Source: Ylistrum balloti
Lineage: Eukaryota
DNA: 64,000 nt
Direction: 5' to 3'
Assembly (NCBI RefSeq): GCF_031769215.1
Contig: NW_026781914.1
Span: 248,001 to 312,000 of the forward strand
Below, piece after piece: positions 1 through 12,400 of this stretch; the stretch's first letter is position 1; every line of letters begins with the position of its first letter. Position numbers and translations under genes: made by a program. Below the pieces are notes generated by a model. It saw only the letters and a list, made by a program, of their open reading frames with translations. It was not told the origin of the DNA and made no database searches.

Positions 1-526
1 CCCTTTGCTCTGCAAGGTTGTAATATCTTACGTGATATAATATAAAATGGCATGTTAACTGCAAGTGAAGCGTGTGTTGTGCGTCCTGCAAAGCAAAAAA
101 ATGTTTGCATGACTACTGACAATATTTTAAAACTTTTAAAATGACTGAAACTAAAACCAACTATGTACCATTTCTTAAGCATCGAGCTTCAATCTGTAAT
201 TTGAAGCGTGTGTTCACCAAGACCATAATATTTGGTACTGAATTATTTAATGGCTCCTGCAAAGCAATCAGAACATATTATGTTGTGTGGGAAATAGTGC
301 ATGACAGAAATTGATTAACCCATTACATCTTTTGTCACGTGCGATAATTCTGATTATTTTGCCATTTCATAACTTCCCTTTAAAACCTATTTGTGCTATG
401 CTTGTGTTTACGATCTGATACCTTTTCATTGTTTCCTTTTTCTTCTCAACAATTTGATTTTCGTATACATTTAACTTAGCTCTCTCCGTGTTAAACGTTA
501 TATTCCATTATTTTGTTTCATGACAG

Positions 527-694
527 ATTCCCAAAGATATTTTAGAAGACACTGTTTGCCTAGCGATACAGAAAGGGTATCGGCATTTTGACACTGCATT
601 TGCCTACCAAAATGAGGTCGAGATAGGAAAAGCACTCAAGCGGACGTTTGAGGACGGGGCGGTGAAAAGAGAAGACGTGTTCATCACATCAAAG
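527..694 (+). CDS. AKR exon (catalytic Asp, Tyr, Lys)
   Basis: IPKDILEDTVCLAIQKGYRHFDTAFAYQNEVEIGKALKRTFEDGAVKREDVFITSK; 168 bp, phase 0/0. Confidence 0.93.
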
Positions 695-3600
695 GTATTG
701 TTATACAGGTTGCAGTGGAGTTCGTGACGTATTTTTAATATTTGTATAATATAGACACAGTGTATCAATGAATGGAAAAGGGGACATATTTAGCTAATAT
801 AGCAAGAAGTGGATTAATTTAACCTACATCCACAACATATTTTTTTGTAATAGGACGAGTACACGGGATCAAATCAAAATCATATCACCAACGAGAATTT
901 TATCAGATATTCAAAGCTTACATTCTATTGAAACTGATATTTATAAACGAGTGAAAAATTCAACTCATAGCAGTATCACATTATCATAACTAGAGAACTG
1001 TTATCGCACATTAACCCGCCCTGATGTTACGAGCAGTTGGGTAATGTGTTTTTGTCTTCAGTTGAGTGGCTACTACCAGGCCGAGGAAGATGTATATTCC
1101 GCCTGTACCGAGAGTCTTCGCCGTCTCCAACTCGACTATGTCGATCTCTTTCTTATCCACTCACCATTATCTCTCAAGGTATGGTACCTATCTGTAGCAG
1201 AGTGTTATGCTATTTTGATTGATTCAATTTAAGATGAAATTACTTCATTTTTTCTGTAATGGTCCACATAAGACATTTTTCAATAGAAATTCTTTAATAT
1301 GTATAATGGTATAAATGCCTTTATGAAAGACTGGTCTCACTTAATATGTTCACATTATCAGTGATTAGAATCACAATGGGTTTCACGAAGGTATGGAATC
1401 AATTAATGGGTTTTCGATTGTTATCACTGTATCTTTATGTTTTAGAATCCAGGATATTTTGTCACAAAGCGTGTTGACACCGGTTATTTTGCAAGGGATT
1501 TAAAGTCAACCTGGCGGGTAAGAGAAATTATTACCTCATTCTTCGATAAAAAATATTTTTTGTTCTTTTGATTATGGCTGTGGATGACATCACACGTTCA
1601 GCAAAACGCAACACAAGTCGTCATGCATGGATTATTGGTGACGTAATACACAACTTCGTCATGCATGGATTATTGGTGACGTAATACACAACTTTGTCAT
1701 GCATGGATTATTGGTGACGTAATACACAACTTCGTCATTCATGAATTGATCGTGAAGTTATAAATACAGAAGTAAGGGTTACGCGTGAAGTATCTTCTGA
1801 AATAAAACATCCACTTGTTATGCATGATTGCTCTTAACATAATGATACATAATTGCACGATAATTTCCTATTAATATTTAATGAATATCGGTCATTCTAA
1901 TGTAGAATGTTCTGTGATTATTATTGACGATGGAAACATATTAATTTCAACACGATACAAAATTTTCCAAAAGTTTCTGTTTATTTATATGTAGCATTGT
2001 TGCAATTGTTACAGACATTGTGAAAGACCGATTAAGTATTTGTAGATATTTAGTCAACTAAAAGGATGATTCCTAACCGTAACTTTTATGTCGGTAACGT
2101 ATTATTTTTCCAATTTGTGTGTAGCTGCAGATAAAAATCATTTTAATTTTCAGATCAATGTATAGTATGTATTGGAATGATGTGTTTTTAATGGTTACTT
2201 CTTGTTAAATCTGAAAGTGGATGAAATCAAATTGGATATAGAGTCATTGTATATCTGACACAGAAATTACATCATGAATAAAACCGATAGCAATCAGTAG
2301 ATAATTTAAATCGTTGCTTAATTTCAATTTTGTCCACAATGAAATATTTTTATCTAAATTGAAACGACATTAAATGTGTAATACATAACTTTGTTATATC
2401 GTATTGGTATTCCCGTCTCTATTTCAGTCCATGGAAGAGTTGGTGTTTTCAGGGAAGGCTAAATCAATTGGTCTGTCCAACTTCAACTCACAGCAAATTG
2501 ATTATATATGCGACGGGGCAAGAATTAAACCAGTTATTAATCAAGTAATCATTCAGTTTATACATTTATCTGTTCTAAAATGAAATACAACTGTATTATT
2601 GTTCATGTAGAGTAAAGACAGTGTCCTATTTAAAATTAAACCTGTGCAATCATGTGAAAATCAGTTTGTGCTTAACTTAAATTGCACATGGCAGCCTTCC
2701 TATTTCCACATTTTATCATTTCGCTGACGGTTAAATATGATTTCTGTATTTTGTTATCAGTAAAGTCTTCCTTCATTACTAATTACATTCATTCGTCCAT
2801 ATTCTATTATCTCTACCTCTAAACACTATCCTATAGTAAAATGTTGTAATGTGTCAATATCAAAAGTGGCAGTACTAGTTACTTGATTTTATATTTGTCC
2901 AGGTCGAACTTAACGTTCGTTTTCCTCAACATCAACTCCAGCGGTTCTGTGGAGAACGAGATATCCTGCTAACGGCGTATGCTCCTATGGGCTCTCCAGG
3001 TCATCCAAGCTTGCAGAAGTAATACATCTAAAATTATGCGATATATGAAAATTACCATTCCAGAACTAATGCTCCTCCCCATCTAGATTTCAACATTTTT
3101 TTCCGATCAATTTGAATTTTCCTTAGTCGCCTCCTTTATTTCCCATTGAGGCCCTTAGCTTCACAGGAACGAGTCATCGAGGGACGAAACAGTAGTATTT
3201 TGAGCGTTTATGAAATTCTATACTCAATATTCGATAACCAACAGATATGCCCTTCACTTATAAGCGTCATTCTTCTTAGTGTAAGCAACCAACATCCTCT
3301 TCCAAGTTGAATGTATTGTTTTATCAATATATACACGGGGACAATAGATATACCTACAGACATTTTAGTACAAGCTAACTATAATTTGTCTTGCAGTACT
3401 GTCGAGGAAAAAGTCCCTTTACTCCAGGATCCCATCATTAGTAAACTAGCTGAAAGATACAGAAAGAACACGGGGCAGGTGAGGTTTTAGTGATTGTAAC
3501 TAGCATCACTTCTCCGTGAAACCAAACTTATACTTTATACATTTATATTTTTGAAATGGTGATCATGTTCAGCAGTTGCTGAAACAAACAATATATTGTA

Positions 3601-4484
3601 GATTTTGCTCAAGAGCCTAGTCGACAGGGATATAGTGGTGATTCCGATGTCGACCAATCCTGACCGACTTACTGCCAACTTACAGGTAATGATCTTTGTC
3701 TTAACTATTGTTTATCGTGCTGAATAAATTAAAGTCGTAACATCACTTTATCGATGTCATACTAAAACATACAGTAGTACGAATATAACATTTAGTAACC
3801 TCTTCTTCAGAAATTGAAATTGATGCACCAGGTTTCCCGAAAAAAATATTCATTAGGAAATTGCTATTAAAGTTCATAGCCACCATTTTACCACCGTTGC
3901 TATAGAGTATACACCGTAATTGATATGCTAATAATCTATAAAAAAAAAAAAAAACTTGTGACCAGGTGAGTTCTTCATAAAAGTAACAAAAAACATCGAA
4001 AGGTGTGTCAGATTACATGATTCAGAGATTATGTGTTCGCCTATCGAGAATTTTATCAATCATGTAAGCTATTTCCATAACAATCTTGTCCCGACACATT
4101 TGCATACATCGTTGTTATGATTTTTTGTATTGACAGGTGTATGACTTCGAATTCAGCGAAGAAGACCTGAAAAGCATTGCTGGTTTAGATGATGGGATAC
4201 GCCGATTTGGACGTGTAAAGTAAGTTTATCTATATACATATATGTATACATAGCTCTTCCTTCTCCCTATGTAATTCTACTTTGACCACGTTCTCAATCA
4301 ATCTATTTTAACTTTTCGATTCTCTTCAATATCAAACATGATTATTTATTATTTCAATACAGCGGATGGTACACCAATATCTTCCTCAGTAGTTCTCAGT
4401 CTTCTATAGTGGTTTAGATTTTCTAAAATTCTCTTTTTCAGAAGCAAAGATCATCCAGATTACCCCTTCAACTTACCTTTTTGA
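527..4484 (+). CDS. Aldo-keto reductase (AKR1-like), 5'-incomplete multi-exon gene
   Basis: Exons 527-694, 1062-1178, 1446-1517, 2428-2544, 2903-3018, 3397-3478, 3602-3685, 4137-4219, 4442-4484, all AG/GT bounded and frame-compatible. Motifs GYRHFDTAFAYQNE, REDVFITSKL, LQLDYVDLFLIH, AKSIGLSNFN, KPVINQVE, AYAPMGSP, VVIPMS, DHPDYPF-stop. First coding exon not found. Confidence 0.95.
1062..1178 (+). CDS. AKR exon (catalytic His)
   Basis: LSGYYQAEEDVYSACTESLRRLQLDYVDLFLIHSPLSLK; 117 bp. Confidence 0.93.
1446..1517 (+). CDS. AKR exon (loop A)
   Basis: NPGYFVTKRVDTGYFARDLKSTWR; tttag/gtaaga; 72 bp. Confidence 0.85.
1619..1740. repeat. Intronic 38-bp tandem repeat, ~3 copies
   Basis: gtcatgcatggattattggtgacgtaatacacaacttc. 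Confidence 0.9.
2428..2544 (+). CDS. AKR exon
   Basis: SMEELVFSGKAKSIGLSNFNSQQIDYICDGARIKPVINQ; 117 bp. Confidence 0.93.
2903..3018 (+). CDS. AKR exon
   Basis: VELNVRFPQHQLQRFCGERDILLTAYAPMGSPGHPSLQ; ends phase 2. Confidence 0.9.
3397..3478 (+). CDS. AKR exon
   Basis: TVEEKVPLLQDPIISKLAERYRKNTGQ; phase 2/0. Confidence 0.9.
3602..3685 (+). CDS. AKR exon (cofactor-binding IPxS motif)
   Basis: ILLKSLVDRDIVVIPMSTNPDRLTANLQ; 84 bp. Confidence 0.9.
4137..4219 (+). CDS. AKR exon
   Basis: VYDFEFSEEDLKSIAGLDDGIRRFGRV; ends phase 2 at gtaagt. Confidence 0.9.
4442..4484 (+). CDS. AKR terminal exon
   Basis: (K)SKDHPDYPFNLPF-TGA; the HPxYPF tail is typical of AKR1. Confidence 0.88.
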
Positions 4485-5077
4485 GACTGTTTCTTGATTT
4501 GAAATATCATTACCAACGATGTGTTTCAATGAACATTTATAGTAAGTCTTGGGATTGTATTATAAGATACAAGTGAAGACACACGTGAATAGCACCTGTT
4601 GATGAAATTTATAGTTAGATACTGTAGAGGCAAGCGTACAACAACAGCAGAGTCCAAAGGCAAACTAGCCTCAAATACGTTCAGCTTTATATCACACGAA
4701 GAAATAGAATATTTCTCAATGATATTCCAAGACGACCGTAAACCTTCCCCATAATTTTTATCAACCGTCATCGCTGTAAACTCTGTGGTATGAGTTTGCT
4801 TGTCAGTTGACGAGATCTTGCACAAAAATCGTGGTTTTGTGAACAGCATATGCTGATTCATGTTGGTCATTTTTTCATCTCAAAACTCTATAAAAATCAA
4901 TTTGGAAAACTTCTATTATCTCGATGATTTCTTTTATCCCGTTGCACCATACACGATAATCAATGTAACTTCCTAGATGTATGCGGCAGTCTGCGTATAC
5001 CCAATAAGTCACGTGGCTGTCACGTGAGTCTACATAAACACATGGTCACTAAATCTAGCCAGAGGTTTCATATATAT

Positions 5078-5301
5078 ATGTTTCCATTAAATTGAATTTT
5101 GAACGAGTGGACAGCTCTTTTGCTTCTAATCCAATACGATTCCGACAATATTATGTTGTTTTATATTCAGTGTAAATATGACGTTGTAATGCCATTTGTG
5201 GCAATATTTTGATACCATGTTTCCATTAAATTGAATTTTGAACGAGTGGACAGCTCTTTTGCTTCTAATCCAATACGATTCCGACAATATTGTGTTGTTT
5301 T
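5078..5301. repeat. ~84-bp direct duplication, period 139
   Basis: atgtttccattaaattgaattttgaacgagtggacagctc...ccgacaatatt at 5078 and 5217. Confidence 0.9.
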
Positions 5302-6092
5302 GAATACTTTAGGATAATGGGGTTTTCTGGAGTGATTTATAGAGTAAATGTTTATGTTCACCTGTCAATATTGGAACTTTGTTTATGCATCATAAGACCG
5401 ATGGAAACGTCAAAATTATTGAATAATTATTGATATGCAAAAGCTTAAGAATTCTCTTGCATTTCTTAACATATCTGACACAATCAAGGAAGACTATGTT
5501 GTACGCATTTGGTTATAGTTAGACGTCGGACGATTTTTGAACATTAGATGTATACCGTCTTCATCGTTGTCATGACAGCCAATCACGGCTGCGATCAACG
5601 AAGAAAAACTCGTCGTCTTTCATGAAACTAGGCGTAGTTCATTAAACTTGAAGTCATGTCTGTTATTGTTTGATCTTATCCAACATCCACTAATTTATGC
5701 CAACATAATTACACAAATAAACGCGATAAAAACACAAAATATAGCAAATATATATATATATATATAAACTACTGGCCAAGAAAATGAGATACAACTTTAA
5801 CCCACATGTGAGGTTTTTGAATGTCGAATCAACTCCGAAATGTTGACACCTTAAGTTTGGGGAGCACGGTTGTTATCATCCAGAAATGGAAAATTTACGA
5901 TAGGAAAATTGTAATGAATGTCTGATACTTATATACGATACTTCCATTTTTACTGATGTTGTTTGACATTATCGATGAAAATGAATGGATAACTAACAAA
6001 CAACATTTCCTATCTATGATTTTTCCTCTTTTTCTCTCACTACCTTTCCTTTGTACAAACTTTCGGAGACAGAAACTGATATAAGTTTTCGG

Positions 6093-6103
6093 TTTATTTT
6101 ATT
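6093..6103 (-). terminator. Candidate polyadenylation signals (two overlapping AATAAA) of the large gene
   Basis: + strand tttattttatt gives two AATAAA on the - strand, ~140 nt after the stop; AT-rich context lowers specificity. Confidence 0.45.
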
Positions 6104-6238
6104 ACTCCAGTCCACACTGTTAACTGAACAACTATTGCAAAATAAAACCTCTTAAAATAGGATACTGTTTAAACCAAACTTAAGACAATGACTTTTGGTT
6201 AAATTCGATTTCCTATCATTCCATTAAGTCCATTGAGA

Positions 6239-6439
6239 TCACCTTTCAACACACGACTGTCTGCCGTCTCCATGATAACCGGGCATGCATACACAGGTAG
6301 GGACCCCGTCCAACAGACCACACATGCCATGAGTGTGACACTCAATATCTATCTCTGTCCGTCTGAAACGAGCCAGTCCATTGATATGTTTACATGTCAT
6401 CTTCTCACTGCAATCCTCCGTCACAAACGTACCGCCAAT
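6239..6439 (-). CDS. Terminal exon: TILa-like + EGF, stop
   Basis: IGGTFVTEDCSEKMTC...IECHTHGMCGLLDGVPTCVCMPGYHGDGRQSCVER-TGA. Confidence 0.88.
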   Translation of the reverse strand: MGGTFVTEDCSEKMTCKHINGLARFRRTEIDIECHTHGMCGLLDGVPTCVCMPGYHGDGRQSCVER

Positions 6440-9400
6440 CTGTTTAACAAACGTAACAAAAATTGTTTTGTGTTGGTTCCATAATTCATGCATGATGTTT
6501 ATTTCATATATATGCCAATAATAGGTTAGGTACATGCGTCTTCAGAATGTAATAATTTAGATATCTCTTTCTTAAACACGTGCTCTACGACCCCTTCAAC
6601 TCCGGAAAAAATAAACAGGTCCATGAAAAATATGTCTAAGTATGTTCAGCGCATAATATCGAGTCGATCAGTCTTATTCCACCAATGAAAACACTTGGAG
6701 AACACACACAGTCCACACTACGTATGTTTCACTGACCATTTACAACCGAACCTCGTTATCTCGAACTCGTATAACTCGAAGGCACTCTTTGATTGGAAGC
6801 ATTTCGTCAGTCCCTGTCTAACTTTACACAAATTATTAAAACTTACTTCAATCGAAAATTCGGTTATCTCGAAATTTTGGTCACGCCGAGTTCGAGATAA
6901 CGAATTTCGACTGTAATACTTATCTTGATAGCCTATGACTGTAATCGACCGAAAGAAGTCATATTTTGAACATCGATAAGATTGTTATGTTTTCGTATTT
7001 CCTTAAGTAATCGCTGTGAGGTGTTAGTTGTGTTTTCTAAAGCTTTCCGGTGTCTTGATAAAGAGGCTAACTGCTTCGAAAATTTGACATAGAATTGATT
7101 CATCATCGTATTACTACTCTTGTCATTATCGGTATAAATATATATGTATGCATCAATAGATAACCATCTGATACATATATTGCATCCGTGCAAAATGATT
7201 GCTTATGTGACACACTCCTTTATATTAAGCGATATGAATTATTCAAAGACTGTAAACAGACTCACAGGTACATAGGTTTCGATTGGACAAACACAACCAC
7301 ACATCTCAGGTTTGACGCATTTGTCTCCATCCAGGACGTACCCGGGCTGACACTCGCACCCATCAGAGGTCGGAAGATCACAGGTCTGATTAGGATGCAT
7401 GCACGTTGCGGGACATCCACTGACTGTGTCCGAGTACCTCATATTTTCCTTGCACTTAATAGCTATAGAAACACAATATACATCACCAGTACTGTTAGCC
7501 AATGAGATCCTTTGATAAGCTGAAGATTACAGAAAAAATTCGATTACACTGCCAAAGATTAACTTAAATTTCAAGTTAGATCTTCAGTTATTGTTTGGTC
7601 TATAGTTCATCAATATCTTAACCCAGATTGATAGCCGATATAGGAAAAGAAATTACAGACGCTTTAAACAATTTAATGCGTAAAAAAGAATCGGATTTTT
7701 TTTTTTACTTACAACAAAATGTTGATGTTCTGTATCGTATGGTAAACCCTCTCTGGCTACATTCCAGGGCGAATTCCGCCATATAGGCTCTGATGATCTG
7801 TTCCAACTTGATTTGAAATTCAAAGTATCTACAAACATCTCGAACACACGCTTGGTATACACGTCGCGCTAAGTATGGGTAAAAATCCATGCACTTCCGG
7901 AACGGGCTTTCTACCCTAGATAAATCCAGCAGTCCACACATATCTGGTTTGGAAGCTGTTAATTTTCTCTCCTCACTACACAAAATTGTTGGAACCGAGA
8001 TCAAGCATTTTCTGAAAAGAAAAAAAAATCCATCCTTAAAACATAAACATGGGTAAGACATGGATTTACACAAGATAAACATAAACAAGAGTGAGACACA
8101 GGATTTACACAAGATAAACATAAACAAGAGTGAGACACTGGATTTACCCAAGATATACATAAACATATGTGAGACACATAGTCTTAACTGAAATGGAAAC
8201 GAGTTTCATATAAAACAAAACAAGTTCCATACCTTTGATTATTTTCAGGTCGAATTGCCTCTTGAACTATGTAGCTACCGGCTATAAGCATGTCTCTCTT
8301 TTCCGCTGGGTGGTCTGCCACGTTCTTGCCGTCTGCAGTAGTGAAGTCATCTTGCCCCACACCGTTACAGTTGCCACATAAACCCTTAAGTTCTCCGTGG
8401 TATCGTGACGGCACCCGCACCACAACGGCACCGTGTCCATCCCACCAAACAACAAGGCCACACTTTGTCCATACTACCAGCCACTGACCTGACATGTATA
8501 TCCTAACATTCCCGTCAGCCACGAAATTCGGCGTATAACGAAGATAGCCATTCACCTTAAACGATTGTTCAATATATGTTAGATTAACGTTTTTTGGCTT
8601 GCATATAACGTCTAAAATAAGACGTGTAAAAGATATCAAATATGCAGGTTGTAGCTCCACAGCAATTTAACCGTTATGCATAGAAATTATTTTCAGGTGA
8701 AGCACTACGCTAATTGAATAAAATGTCAACCACATTCATGTTGTTTAAACAGAGACTAATGATGTTGTCCTCTGCAAGACCAGGGTCCCTATGAATAGGA
8801 CGTCTATTGACATCACTAACTTACATAAAACTTGTAATCACTTCCCAAACTGAGCTTGGTGTCATAGATCTGTATATCAACCGATTTCACCCACGTAGAC
8901 GAATTCAATCCCTCGTGACTGTTGTTTATTTTCACAGTGAATGCGCATGCGTCGGATGCTATGGTTGACTTAGTGAGAATATATCGGCATGCATTAGTAA
9001 CATCGATGCTCTCTCCGTCGTGCGTTCGCACGTGAGGGTCCCCAGATGCAGTACATACACATCTTCCTGACAAATACATCACAAGAAGATTGACGTAATC
9101 GTCCTGTAACTTGGAGGTGTCAGAGAAAGGATAAGAGAATATATCACCTTTCTATCCCATCATTTAGAAACTGTAATGCATTGTATTTGGCGCAACAAAT
9201 TTAATCGTATAATGACAATTTTATAAATTAATGTAATGAGAACATATCCATAACACTTGCTATATCAAGAAGTCAGAAATAGTAACTAGCGCAATCCTAT
9301 TAAGCGCATTATTTTTAGTTCGAAGAGCGCTGAGATTGTCGATGAAACATGTAAGTTAACAGCATAAAGATTTCAACCGCATTCAACAAATATAAACCAA

Positions 9401-12400
9401 GCGATGCTTATATCTCCAATACCAAAAGATTACGGTACAAACAGAGATTCCTTTGCCAGTGGATATACTATAGACCTTCCATGTAGAACATCATTGTCAG
9501 TGTTTATTGTTTGTAAGCAATATTAAGTAAGATTTACTTTTACATTCCACTTCACCGTCACCATAGTAACCACCCTTACAAACACACCGTCCGTCATCAC
9601 AGACAGCATTTTCAGCACATTTCCTTCCTCTACAGTATCCTTTAGCTTTAAATCAAGATGTATGAAAACGTCATAATCACAACACAAAATATTATATAAT
9701 GCCAACAAAATGAATATGTTTAATATTAATAAGATATTTATTTTAACCAACAAGTCTTATTCAACAACATTCTTTGTAACAGATCTTAATTCAGTTAAGC
9801 ATAATTCCAAGCGTTTCATCTACTTATGTTGATTTGTTACATACGATCACAGAAGTTGTAGCCGTCCCCATAGTAACCGTGTCTACAACCACACCGGAAG
9901 TTCTCACACGTTCCGTAATCCGCACACTTCCGACCTCCACACAAACCAAGGGCTGCAAACAAACCAAGAAAAAAAATGAAAAACAGCTTATATCAGAGAC
10001 AGAATGCACCGAGACAAACTAAAGAAACCATTTCTATTTGCATTTTTATCTTGTACACAACGTTGCCTACCTGACCTTTTTAACATCTTGACGTGGAAGG
10101 AATTTAGTTTTAAAAACGGAAATAATTTTATAACCATTTTCAGAATACACCTTCTGCATAATCATTTCTGACTGTAAGAAAGTAACTTTGAAATGCAGTT
10201 TTCATATAGAGAGAAACACTATACGTACGTTCACACTTTAAGTATCCATTGCCATGGTAACCTTGGTGACAGGTACAAGTTCCATTGGCACAATCAGCAT
10301 TTTCCACACATAAACGTCCGTTACAGAAGGCTGAAGTTCAAAAGATTTACGCACATGTATTTCAATATACATATACAAATGTCATTCGGAATGTTACATA
10401 TTTCCTGGCATCATCAATAGCATCACATGAATAGGAAAACGTATGATAATTTTGCATACGTCACAACTTTCACCTCTTATTTATGCTATATGCGTATATT
10501 AGCATATTGAACAATAGATACTTTCAGAATACTCACGATTACATTTTTTATATCCATTTCCAAAGTATCCCCTTTCACACAAACACATGTAGTTATTGCA
10601 GTAGGCATTGGGGGCACATGGTAGGCCGTTACAAATGCCTTCAGCTGCAAATCGATATATACATGGTTACCTAAATTCTTCAAGAAAAAAATATAAACTT
10701 GTACGTTTCACTCCGAAATCACTGTGTTGTGATTCATCACTTGAATTCCTATTTTAGAAATACCGACAAGTCAACATAATCTGAATTCCAACTCAAATTC
10801 GATGAAACTAAGGCAATGTATGAACAAAAGATTTATACGGAGATTCCTAAAAAAATTAAAAGGAGAATAGGACCAAATATCCGGAAAGAGTTAGCGTTTT
10901 CTGCTTCATCGACGTCACACGCCGTGTAAACCTAGGGCAATCCAAGTAAGAAATGCCACGTTCTGGAAAAAAAACCAAGGTAAAAATAACGGAACACACC
11001 AGCAAACTAACGAGCATAACACGTCTAATTATATATTAAACAAGGAAATACATTTGTTTGTGGCGTGAAAATGGACCATGCTTTCATCTCTTTATACATT
11101 TCTATAATGCTATGTACTCAAATTATACTGTCCTGTACAATAATTCTAAATGATGCTCAGTGAATTCACTACAAAATCCTCAACTGTTTGGTATTTATTT
11201 TTTTTGAAAGCTTACGTTCACATTTGAAAAATCCATTTCCATGGTAGCCCTCTTCGCAGAAACATGTGTCTTGTCTGCACTCTGCATGGTCTACACATTT
11301 GCGTCCGCCACAAAGTTCTGATGATTGAAACAAGAATTAAATTTAGCTATCAACGTAATTTTCTGGTAATGTTTTATTGAAATTATTTTTTCTAAAATGT
11401 AATTAACTAATTCAACAACTGAAGTCACGATTGACTGCTTTATCAAGGCTACTGAATCTCCTTACAATATACTGTAGTATATCGCGAACCGTTACTGAAA
11501 GTTAGTAATATAAAGATTGCTACTTAATGAAGACAGGAACAATATAAAGACTGATACTAAATGAAAACAGATCCGATTGAATTAACAGTGGCGGTTGATA
11601 TCTACTGTCACACATAGTAACTTCCTTCAACTATATTTACCTTCACAGCTAGTTACTTCCTTCATCAATATGTTGTATATCTACCGTCACACTTAGTTAC
11701 ATTCTGTTCTATATCTACAGTCACACTTAGTTACCTTCTGTTCTATATCTACAGTCACACTTAGTTACATTCTGTTCTATATCTACCGTCACACTTAGTT
11801 ACATTCTGTTCTATATCTACAGTCACACTTAGTTACATTCTGTTCTATATCTACAGTCACACTTAGTTACATTCTGTTCTATATCTACCGTCACACTTAG
11901 TTACATTCTGTTCTATATCTACCGTCACACTTAGTTACATTCTGTTCTATATCTACCGTCACACCTAGGTTACATTCTGTTCTATATCTACCGTCACACT
12001 TAGTTACATTCTGTTCTATATCTACAGTCACACTTAGTTACATTCTGTTCTATATCTACCGTCACACTTAGTTACATTCTGTTCTATATCTACCGTCACA
12101 CTTTGTTACATTCTGTTCTATATCTACCGTCACACTTAGTTACCTTCTGTTCTATATATACAGTCACACTTAGTTACCTTCTGTTCTATATCTACCGTCA
12201 CACTTAGTTACATTCTGTTCTATATCTACCGTCACACTTAGTTACATTCTGTTCTATATCTACCGTCACACTTAGTTACATTCTGTTCTATATCTACCGT
12301 CACACTTAGTTACCTTCTGTTCTATATCTACAGTCACACTTAGTTACACTCTGTTCTATATCTACCGTCACACTTAGTTACCTTCTGTTCTATATCTACA

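Noticed and set aside
4363-4417. Alternative AKR terminal exon (GWYTNIFLSS...)
   Set aside because: An AG is present, but the peptide lacks the HPxYPF tail found in exon 4442-4484; no other support.
4526-4870. 114-aa minus-strand ORF
   Set aside because: No recognisable domain; overlaps a dispersed repeat and the probable AKR 3' UTR.
6239-6245. Further splicing at GAAAG|GTGATC toward a membrane anchor
   Set aside because: Weak phase-2 site overlapping the stop; no compatible downstream exon seen, and AATAAA follows.
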